Made by a program: the position numbers and the translations under genes
Source of the DNA: Dehalococcoidia bacterium
GTDB lineage: Bacteria > Chloroflexota > Dehalococcoidia > DSTF01 > WHTK01
NCBI GenBank assembly: GCA_965225815.1
Contig: CBDDBP010000004.1
Location: 85,074 to 149,073, forward strand
Direction: 5' to 3'
Length of the DNA: 64,000 bases
The notes under the pieces: model-generated
The model's input: only the letters and a program-made list of their open reading frames with translations
What the model was told of the DNA's origin: nothing
Databases searched by the model: none
In this document: positions 9,895 through 17,953 of the stretch, one piece after another
Position numbering within the stretch: position 1 is the stretch's first letter
Layout: every line of letters begins with the position of its first letter

Positions 9895-10326
9895 TCACGG
9901 CAGCGGAAGCGCCCGGTACAACGATTGCCACCACGGCTCCACGTCAGTGCTCTCAGCCAATGGCTCAACCAGTGGACGCGGCAACAAGACCCCCTCGGGA
10001 GCCTCAACCTCAACCGACAGGTAGCTGACGTTTCGCCCCTGGATCATTCCCAGTTGCTCTCGTGCCACCCGCTCAGTGCGGTCCAGTGATGTCAGCTGTG
10101 CTACCTCAGCCTGCAGGTCATATACCTCAGCCTTCAAGGCGATTCGCTCCGCCTCCAGGCGCTGCAGTTGTTGACCCGTGTTTGCCGAGCTGCTCGATTG
10201 CACAACCTGGAGAAGCGCGATAACCGCCGAAATCGCAAGGGCGACGGCTATCGCGCGACGGGGCCCCCAGGTTGCTGCCGATGGCGCCTCTAAGGACGCC
10301 GGACCAAGGCGATCGAGTGTTGCCAT
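9895..10326 (-). CDS. ftsL: Cell division protein FtsL-like (septum formation initiator family)
   Basis: 143 aa with one TM helix (AIAVALAISAVIALL) followed by a coiled-coil segment (LQRLEAERIALKAEVYDLQAEVAQL). It lies between rsmH and ftsI. Confidence 0.55.
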   Translation of the reverse strand: MATLDRLGPASLEAPSAATWGPRRAIAVALAISAVIALLQVVQSSSSANTGQQLQRLEAERIALKAEVYDLQAEVAQLTSLDRTERVAREQLGMIQGRNVSYLSVEVEAPEGVLLPRPLVEPLAESTDVEPWWQSLYRALPLP

Positions 10327-10934
10327 GCCAACACCTCACGCCGTAATCGTGGACCGCAGCCCACGACGTGATGTCTCAAACCTCTCGTCGAGACGAAGCT
10401 CTAGCTCCGTCCACAACGCCTCGTGCCTCTCATCCACACCGACGCCAGCAGCCTCGGAATCCACACAGTCCATATCAGACGAGCTCGGAACGTCTCCGCC
10501 CAGGTCCGTATTGCCGAGCGCAGCAAGGCGGCCGTAGGGACGCAGCTTTAGCTCCGTCCGCAACCCCTCATGCCCCTCATCCAGCGCAAACTCAGCCCCA
10601 CTAACCTCAGCGGCGTCAGTAGGGGCGCAGCCCCTGCGGCGGGAGTCAGAGGGGTCTCCGCTAAGGTCGTCTGATAAAGGGGCGGAGCGCACAAGCCCAA
10701 CCGTCAGGGCGGGCGCAGGTCGCACAGCCCCAAACGCCTCGTACCCGCGATCAAACGCAACCTCGGCCACACCAACCCCAGCAGGGTCAGTAGGGGCGCA
10801 GCCCCTGCGGCGGGAGTCTGAGGGGTCTCCCCTCAGGTCGCTCAGAAGAAGAGCGGAGCGCACAAGCCCAACCGATAGGGCGGGCGTAGGTCGCGTAGCT
10901 TCAAACGCCTCAACGAAGTCCAACCCCACCACGC
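10327..10934. repeat. Intergenic repeat region between ftsL and rsmH. It carries the core motif (10535-10562, and a partial copy at ~10389-10412) and two R2 elements ~179 bp apart (~10616 and ~10795).
   Basis: GTCAGTAGGGGCGCAGCCCCTGCGGCGGGAGTC(T)GAGGGGTCTCC occurs twice. The ORF 10336..10938 (-) is built entirely from these repeats. Confidence 0.8.
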
Positions 10935-11879
10935 TCACGCCGCCAGTCGCTCCGCCGCCCGCAACTTCGCGCTACGGCTCCGCGGGTTTGCCGCGACTTC
11001 CTCCCGCGATGGCGTCACAGTCCCCTTCGTAACCGGCTTCAGCGTGGCCTTGTGGTCACACGTACAGACCGGCTGCGATGGTGGGCAAACACAATCACGC
11101 GACTCTCGAGCAATGAACTGCTTAACAATGCGATCCTCAAGTGAGTGGTAACTGATCACCACTAGTCGGGATCCAAAGCCAAGCAGACCGTGAGCCCAGG
11201 GCAACGCCTCGGCCAGGCTGGCTAGTTCCTGGTTGACGGCAATGCGAAGGGCCTGAAACGTCTTGGTGGCGGGGTGGATTTGACTTCCAGTCCTCCGGCC
11301 CACGGCCTGCTCGACGGCTTTGGCTAGTTCGGTGGTCGTCCCCAAAGGACGGCCGTTGACAATGGCTCTGGCAATACGGCGGCTGCGCCGCTCCTCGCCA
11401 AAACGCCAGATGATATCTGCTAATTCTTCTTCCGGCGCCTCGTTCACCCAGTAAGCAGCCGTCGGCTCCTCACTCGGACCGAAGCGCATGTCCAGCGGCG
11501 CCTCCACGCGAAAGCTAAACCCCCGCACGCTCGCCAATTGGTGCGATGAAAGCCCGAGGTCGAACAGAATCCCGTTCACCGGCGCGAATCCGCCCTCGCG
11601 GCACAGCCGGTCCAGCTCTCGAAAGTTCCCCTGCACGATGGCGACACCGTCTCCGAATCGCGACAGCCGCTCCCGCGACATCTCAATCGCCCTGGGATCC
11701 GCGTCGATTCCCAGCAACGTGCCACCCGGCTTCGCAGCCTCCAGGATCGCCTCGGCATGGCCGCCACCGTTCACCGTGCAGTCCACGTAGCGGCCGCCCG
11801 GGCGCACGTCCAGCGCCGCGATTACCTCTCGCGGCATCACCGGGTCGTGCGTCACACGTGCGTCCATCACCAGCGTCAT
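10935..11879 (-). CDS. rsmH: 16S rRNA (cytosine1402-N4)-methyltransferase RsmH (MraW)
   Basis: 314 aa, MraW family, with a SAM-binding fold. It overlaps the mraZ stop by 4 nt. Confidence 0.9.
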   Translation of the reverse strand: MTLVMDARVTHDPVMPREVIAALDVRPGGRYVDCTVNGGGHAEAILEAAKPGGTLLGIDADPRAIEMSRERLSRFGDGVAIVQGNFRELDRLCREGGFAPVNGILFDLGLSSHQLASVRGFSFRVEAPLDMRFGPSEEPTAAYWVNEAPEEELADIIWRFGEERRSRRIARAIVNGRPLGTTTELAKAVEQAVGRRTGSQIHPATKTFQALRIAVNQELASLAEALPWAHGLLGFGSRLVVISYHSLEDRIVKQFIARESRDCVCPPSQPVCTCDHKATLKPVTKGTVTPSREEVAANPRSRSAKLRAAERLAA

Positions 11880-12298
11880 TCCGATTCCAGGCTCTGCAGG
11901 AACATCGCCTCTTCGGCTCCTAACGCCGTCTCGAAATCATCTGAGTTCCAGATTTCGATACCCTCACCCGCCCCAACGACGATCACCTGGGTCTCCAGGT
12001 TCGCCCATTGGCGCAGCTGCGGTGGGATCAACACACGGCCCGCCCGGTCCAGCTCCGCTGGGAACGAACCGCTAAAGAACGCCCGGCGCATCACGCGACC
12101 ATTGCGCGTCGTCACCGGCTCGTTCATGTACAGCTGGGCTTGTCCGTCGAAAGAATCGGCCGGATAGGCGCGGATGCAATGGTCCGGCGTGCCTTGCGTC
12201 AGGATGATCCCCTGCATCAGTGCATCCCTGTAACGCGGGGGCATCGGGATCCGCCCTCGCTCGTCCATCGCGTATTCCTGCTTGCCGAGAAATAGCAT
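11876..12298 (-). CDS. mraZ: Transcriptional regulator MraZ
   Basis: The protein begins [24 protein letters not shown] (MraZ/UPF0040 duplicated domain) and runs to [10 protein letters not shown]. The start was moved to the internal ATG at 12296-12298, because the longer 165-aa ORF adds an unlikely N-terminus. Confidence 0.8.
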   Translation of the reverse strand: MLFLGKQEYAMDERGRIPMPPRYRDALMQGIILTQGTPDHCIRAYPADSFDGQAQLYMNEPVTTRNGRVMRRAFFSGSFPAELDRAGRVLIPPQLRQWANLETQVIVVGAGEGIEIWNSDDFETALGAEEAMFLQSLESE

Positions 12299-12339
12299 GT
12301 GCCGGGGCCCCGTCCCCCGAGAGAAGCTCCGGATCGTCC

Positions 12340-12405
12340 GGTATTTCTCCCATATCTTCCCACAAGCTCCCATATCCTACCATTCAAATATCCACTGTCA
12401 ACCAA
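12340..12405 (-). promoter_or_regulatory. Candidate mraZ/dcw promoter with MraZ-box-like direct repeats
   Basis: On the minus strand there is TTGACA (fwd 12396-12401), a 17-nt spacer and TAGGAT (fwd 12374-12379). Three TGGGA direct repeats at ~10-bp spacing (fwd ~12347-12372) follow, resembling the GTGGG-type triple repeats bound by MraZ. Confidence 0.4.
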
Positions 12406-12445
12406 TTTGCCTCCCTGACCGCACTCGCCCCACGAAAAGCCCACA

Positions 12446-12484
12446 AAAAGGCCCCGGCGTTTTCGCCGGGGCCTTTTAAACCGA
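12446..12484. terminator. Bidirectional rho-independent terminator hairpin
   Basis: AAAAAGGCCCCGGCGTTTTCGCCGGGGCCTTTTAAA is a perfect 10-bp GC stem flanked by A/T runs on both sides. It follows the 3' end of the substrate-binding-protein gene (minus strand). Confidence 0.7.
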
Positions 12485-12505
12485 AGTTCGGTTAAAGGTT
12501 GGAGC

Positions 12506-14418
12506 TTAGCCTTGGGGCAAGCTCTCATCCAGATACATCGTGTGCAGGCCCCACATGTCGTACATATTCACGCGCGAGTCTCCCTGGTAGCCCAGGAAGT
12601 TGCGCAGGCGCGGCCAGGTCAGCTTGAAGGTGTCCGATGTTCCTGGCTGCGGTACGTTGTAAATCACGCTACTCGCGTAGCGCTGCAAGTCGTGGATGAT
12701 CTCTCGACGCTTCTCAGAGTCGAACTCACCCTTCGCCGACTCGACCAGGCGGTCGATCTCCGAGTCCGCCACTGGGCCGTTCGGGCTACCAAGTCCGAGT
12801 TGACCAGAAGTAATGCCAGCCTTGGAGTAGTAGCGCCACACCCAGAGGTCCGTCGGGTCTGGAGAGGTCACCGCACCAATGGCGTAGGCCCAGCCCATGT
12901 CAGGGATCTTGAAGTGGCCCAACTCAGTCACAACCTTGGGCAGATAGTCCAGGTTGTAGTCCAGCGGGAAAGCATCGATCTCGAAACCGATCTCGCGCGC
13001 GAACTGGTCCATAACCTCGACCTGCTCGGCATACGTCGGCCCGAACACGGCGTTTACGCGGCCGGTAACGAAGCCCGGGAATTTGCCACCCGGATAGTCC
13101 GCCTCGGCCGCTGCCTTCAGCTTCATCGCCTCGGCGACGTTGTATTCGTAGAACTTCGCGTTCTCACCGAAAGTCTCGGCGTCGCGCGGGTCAAGAGTCC
13201 AGTCAGGCGTGTAGCCCATCTGGGTGTACCAGTACGTATCCACCGGCAGACCTTCAGCCCGGAACTTGTCGACGTCAAAGAAAGCATCGATGTAGGCGTC
13301 GCGGTCCTGCGACATTGAAAGCGCCTGGCGCACGCGAACGTCCAGGAAGGGCGAAGGGCCGCCACCGATGTCATCCCAGCCGAATCGCATCGAGGCACCT
13401 GGGCTGTTGGATGCCGCCACGTAGGAGAACATGTTCAGGTCAGGAGACGCCTTCTTGGTCTCCAGCACGTCCCTGGAAGCCACACCACGGGCAATCACTG
13501 GGATCTCGCCCGCCTTGAACTGGGCCAGCTTTTGTGCGTACTCGGGCAGAAGAACGAGTTCAATTTCGTCCAGGAAGGAAGCGTTTTCCTTGTCCCAGTA
13601 GTTCGGGTTCGCCTTGTAGACGATGTTGACAGACGGCTCGAACGAATCGAGCTGGTAGCCGCCCGTGCCTATCTGAGTTTCCTTCGCGTCGAAGGTGTCG
13701 CCGATCTCCCTCGGGTAGATCGAGCCAACCTCACCGGTAACCATGCTGGACAGTCGCTGGAAAATCATCGACGTCGGCTCGGACAGATTCAGCACCAGCG
13801 TGTGGTCGTCCGGTGCTTCCCAACCGATGATCGGCGCTGCCGGGTTGATTGAGTGGGCACTCGATGCCTTGTTGTTGGGCGAGTCGCCCGAGATGAAGTA
13901 CTCCCATGTCTTTAGGACGTCTTCGGCAACGAATTCGCGACCGCTTACCGGGGCCTTGTCGTGCCACATCACACCCTTGCGCAGCTTGAAAGTGATCTGC
14001 AGCTTATCGCTGCTGACCTCCCATGATTCCGCGAGATGAGGCTCTACTTCTGCGTATGGAGAAGGCTGGCCCGCGGCACCAGCGACGTTTTTTACCAGGT
14101 TTCGTACGCTGCTCCCTGGAGCTGGTTCAGCTGAATTTGGCCCTGGGCTTTTCCATCCCAGTGCAGCGGATCGCGGTTCGACCCGTTGTCGATGACCAGC
14201 TTGCCGCCACGGACTGCCTTGTCGACCTCCTGCGCGCGCGCCGCCAGCAGACCGCTTGTGTCTCGCGCTGCGGCCTGCTCAGGCTCGTCGTCACCGCCGC
14301 CATCACAAGCGGCCAGGAACGCAGCCGCACCGGCGGTCATTCCCGTCGCAGCAATCGCGCGGCGCCTTGTCATTCTCCTGTCGAGTACCTTGTTCCAGTA
14401 GCTCGGCATTGTCAGCAA
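12506..14418 (-). pseudogene. ABC transporter substrate-binding protein (family 5, peptide/nickel type, with a TAT/lipoprotein signal). It is interrupted by a frameshift in an A6 run at ~14087-14093.
   Basis: The N-terminal ORF 14092..14418 (MTRRRAIAATGMTAGAAAFLAAC, ending ...LQGAAYETW*) and ORF 12506..13972 belong to one gene. After the run GGTAAAAAACG the minus strand reads VKNVAGAAGQPSPYAEVEPHLAESWEVSSDKLQITFKLRKGVMWHDK, continuous with MMWHDKAPVSGREF. This is the SBP_bac_5 motif PxLAESWEVS.D.L..TF.LRKGV.WHD. Confidence 0.75.
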
Positions 14419-14697
14419 TCCTCCTCCAATGCACTCCCATAGGCACCGTGATCGGCACAGTACTTCTATCTTCGTAGTACGAAGAATCCTCGCATAGGGC
14501 TTAAAGCGTCTATAGCAATATGTTTCCGATATCGAAAATTTCTATTCCTCACAAACTATCAATAGTTATTTATTTTGAACGCATTCGATTCTCCGGAAAG
14601 CCCAGTAGCCCCCATCTGTCACGGGATCGACTCGACTTCACTTCGTCTGCAGCTTCTGGCCGTTCCGGCTCACCGCCAATGCTAGAATCGGCACCTT

Positions 14698-15201
14698 ATG
14701 ACGATTCGCGCCGCTGTCCTAACGCTCAGCGACAAGGGTGCCGGCGGCCAGCGGGTCGATACCGCCGGCCCAGCCGTAGCATCCCTACTGACTTCGATCG
14801 GCGCCCTCGTCGTTGAAACGGCGATCCTGCCCGATGACCGTGAAGCAATCGCTTCGCAGCTCCGCAGCTGGGCCGACGAATCCAGCGCCGACCTCATCCT
14901 AACCACAGGCGGCACCGGCCTCTCACCCCGTGATGTCACTCCCGAGGCGACCCTGGACGTGGCCGACCGCCTTGTCCCCGGCATCTCGGAGCTGATGCGC
15001 GAATCAGGCCGTAAGAGCACTCATCTGTCCTCTCTCTCGCGCTCCGTTGCTGTTACTCGGGCACGCGCGCTGATCATTAACTTGCCTGGCAGCGAGCGTG
15101 GCGCCCGCGAAAGCCTTGAAGCCATCCTCGAATTGCTCCCCCACGCCGTCGAGACGCTCCGCGGAGATTCCGGCGAAAGCCACCCCGTCGATCAGGTCTA
15201 A
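14698..15201 (+). CDS. mogA: Molybdenum cofactor biosynthesis protein MogA/MoaB family
   Basis: 167 aa with LSDKGAGGQRVDTAGP...LILTTGGTGLSPRDVTPEAT, the MoCF biosynthesis domain signature. Confidence 0.8.
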   Translation: MTIRAAVLTLSDKGAGGQRVDTAGPAVASLLTSIGALVVETAILPDDREAIASQLRSWADESSADLILTTGGTGLSPRDVTPEATLDVADRLVPGISELMRESGRKSTHLSSLSRSVAVTRARALIINLPGSERGARESLEAILELLPHAVETLRGDSGESHPVDQV

Positions 15202-15723
15202 ATGCGCCTGGAAGAGGCCACCTTCAACTTGCCCAACGGTCTCGTGGAATTCCTCCGAGAGGTCGGTAGTGGAGAGAGCGGCTTCGGTCGCGTACCTGAA
15301 GTAGCTGAGGGCCGACTTACCATCGATGCTTATCTGAAACGCGAAGTAGAATCGTCGCGGGGTAAGGTTCTGCCCGACGACCACGTCCCGCATACGACGT
15401 ACTGGCTTGTCGACGATAACGACCGGATTCATGGCATGTGTCGTTTGCGCCACCACCTCAACGAAACACTTCTGATACACGGTGGACATATCGGTTACTA
15501 CATACGTTCAGAGTCCCGAGGTAGGGGCTTTGGAACTTGCCTTCTCGCACTGGCTCTTGAAGAGGCGAAGAACATTGGTATCTGGCAGGCTCTGCTCACC
15601 GTTGGTTCTGACAACGATCCCTCCAACCGCGTCATCGAAGCCAACGGCGGCGTCATGGAAGACGAACGCTTCGACCCCGACAGCAGGCCTTACCGCCGCA
15701 ATTGGATCGACCTCGGGCGATAA
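15202..15723 (+). CDS. GNAT family N-acetyltransferase
   Basis: 173 aa with [26 protein letters not shown], the acetyl-CoA binding motif A. Its ATG is immediately after the mogA stop. Confidence 0.65.
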   Translation: MRLEEATFNLPNGLVEFLREVGSGESGFGRVPEVAEGRLTIDAYLKREVESSRGKVLPDDHVPHTTYWLVDDNDRIHGMCRLRHHLNETLLIHGGHIGYYIRSESRGRGFGTCLLALALEEAKNIGIWQALLTVGSDNDPSNRVIEANGGVMEDERFDPDSRPYRRNWIDLGR

Positions 15724-15731
15724 TAGTGACC

Positions 15732-16508
15732 ATGCGCATTGACGTCCTGACCTTGTTTCCCGAAACCTTCGAAGGTCCACTGCAAGCCAGCATCCTCGGC
15801 CGAGCCCTGCGCGAAGGCGTCGCCGAGGTACACCTGCACAACATCCGCGACTACGCCACGGACAAACATTCAATCGTCGATGACTATGCCTACGGCGGCG
15901 GCCCCGGCATGGTCATGAAACCCGAACCGCTCGCGGCGGCAGTCGAATCCGTGCAAGCGGCCGTTCCGACCCCGGCTCGCGTCGTCCTCCTCACCCCACA
16001 GGGGCGTCTATTCAACCAGCAGGTCGTCGATGAGCTCGTCGCTGAGCCGCGCCTTATTCTCCTCTGCGGCCACTACGAAGGCGTCGACGAGCGCGTCCGC
16101 GAGCACCTTGCCGATGACGAGATCAGCATCGGCGACTTCGTGCTCTCTGGCGGCGAATACGCCGCGATCGTCGTTATCGATGCCCTCGTTCGCCGCCAGC
16201 CCGGCACGCTCGGCTCCTCCGACTCCCTGCTTGAGGAGTCGCATTCCGACGGGTTGCTGGAATACCCCCAATACACCAGACCGGCGGAGTTTCGCGGATG
16301 GCAGGTACCGGATATACTGCTCTCCGGTAACCACGGCGAAATCGCGAAATGGCGACGCCAGCAACGGATCCTCCGCACAGCCAGGCGTCGACCCGATCTG
16401 CTTCAACAAGCGCTTCGGGAACCTGGACCGGCCTGCCTCACCGAGGAAGAAATACGCCTTGCGGCGGAAGCAACGAAAGCGCCGCAAGAAGACGAGGACG
16501 AAACCTAA
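15732..16508 (+). CDS. trmD: tRNA (guanine37-N1)-methyltransferase
   Basis: [25 protein letters not shown], the TrmD signature. The start was placed at the internal ATG after the GNAT gene's stop. Confidence 0.9.
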   Translation: MRIDVLTLFPETFEGPLQASILGRALREGVAEVHLHNIRDYATDKHSIVDDYAYGGGPGMVMKPEPLAAAVESVQAAVPTPARVVLLTPQGRLFNQQVVDELVAEPRLILLCGHYEGVDERVREHLADDEISIGDFVLSGGEYAAIVVIDALVRRQPGTLGSSDSLLEESHSDGLLEYPQYTRPAEFRGWQVPDILLSGNHGEIAKWRRQQRILRTARRRPDLLQQALREPGPACLTEEEIRLAAEATKAPQEDEDET

Positions 16509-16856
16509 ATGGATGCGAACGAATTCTCCAACGCCAAGCAAAACCCCCAGATGGGAGTGTTTCAGGCGGGCGACCACGTCAAAGTCAGCGTCAAAGTTGT
16601 CGAAGGTAACCGGGAGCGCATCCAGGTCTTCGAAGGCGACGTCATTCGCGTCCGTCGCGGCGGTCCAGCCTCCACGTTTACGGTCCGAAAGATCAGCAAC
16701 GGCGTCGGCGTAGAGCGCACCTTCCTGCACAGCTCGCCCCGCGTCGACAAAGTCGAAGTCATCCGCCAGGGCAAAGTGCGGCGTTCTCGCCTCTACTACC
16801 TGCGCGCCCTACAAGGTCGAGCCGCACGAATCAAAGAGAAGGCTCGAGTCCGCTAG
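16509..16856 (+). CDS. rplS: 50S ribosomal protein L19
   Basis: 115 aa: [35 protein letters not shown]...[13 protein letters not shown]. This is the canonical trmD-rplS pair. Confidence 0.95.
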   Translation: MDANEFSNAKQNPQMGVFQAGDHVKVSVKVVEGNRERIQVFEGDVIRVRRGGPASTFTVRKISNGVGVERTFLHSSPRVDKVEVIRQGKVRRSRLYYLRALQGRAARIKEKARVR

Positions 16857-16907
16857 CACGTCACTTTCAGCGGCGTAATGAGAACGCGGCCGTCTGACCG
16901 CCTTTTG

Positions 16908-17936
16908 CTATGCCGCACGCCCGTGTGCGGCTGGCCGCTCAATTTCGTCTCGCCGAAACGGCCCACGATCCCGCTTCGACACGTACGCGTTCTGCACCAT
17001 GCTGCCCGAGAATCCGCCGCCAACACGTCCCGTTGCCGCGTAGTCATACAGACTCACCTTGTAGATGATGTCGAGTGACTTCGCAGTCGCTAGCCCTGGC
17101 GTTAACAAGACGGCACCTGAAGTGACTGCGAGGAAGGTCGAGCCCAGCCCGAAGTAAACCAGCGCCGCCGGTCCGAGAGCGAAAACAGCGACCAGCACGT
17201 ACGCCGCGCCGAAGCCATAGTTAGCGACGAGGGTCTTTCCCCACTGTTGCCGGAACAGATCCGTCGACCGGCTCAATGCGTCCGCGGGATTCGCGCTCTC
17301 GATCACCAGTACCGGAATGACGAAGAACGTAGTGTAGTTCCAGAAGAGACGCAGCGCGAAGCCAAACGGGCGGCCAAGCAAACTCCGGCTGCTGCTCAGT
17401 TCGTTGAGCACCAAGACAAACTATGCTGCCATCGCCGACCAGCCGGCTAGAGCTCCCAACTGATCGCTGGCCGCTACAAGTCCTGTGCGAACGTCGGGGT
17501 TGAACCCTTCGAGCCGCTGATAGGCAGCCGCAGACATAGCGGCGGTAAAATACACCGCAACAAAAGCAGCTAGGGAATACGCCAGGGCCACGAAGATCAA
17601 GTCTGCCAGGTTAAAGCGGTAGTCGGGACCAATACGGTCGAACGTACCTCCCGCCCAGAATGCCGCCGCCGTATACGCGAACACGAGGAACAGGGCTCCT
17701 CCCGCCAGCAGCGGGAAGATAATCAACTCTCGGTCCGATTTGAGAATGCCCCAGGAAACCCTGAAGAGCTTGAAGCTGTTACCCAGAGTGCCGAACATGC
17801 CGGTCTCCCTGAAACGCGTAGTTGAATCTCTACGGGGTCTTACCAGGATTATCGACTCGAAACGTCGCTTGCTTAGGGGTTCTCTTCCGCTCATCTGCGG
17901 ACTATCCCCCATGTGATCTCCCTTTTTCGCACTCAC
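16908..17936 (-). CDS. Hypothetical polytopic membrane protein. One continuous reading frame is interrupted by an in-frame TAG at 17421-17423, so this is either one gene or two adjacent same-frame genes.
   Basis: ORFs 17421..17936 and 16908..17414 are in the same frame, separated only by TAG-TTT-GTC. Both halves are hydrophobic with multiple TM helices (IIFPLLAGGALFLVFAYTAAAFWAGG; FFVIPVLVIESANPADAL...). Confidence 0.45.
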
Positions 17937-17953
17937 AGTTATGATTAGAACAA

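Noticed and set aside
17421-17423. The in-frame TAG as pyrrolysine
   Set aside because: There is no biological basis in this lineage and no pyl genes. Nonsense mutation, adjacent genes or sequencing error are far likelier.
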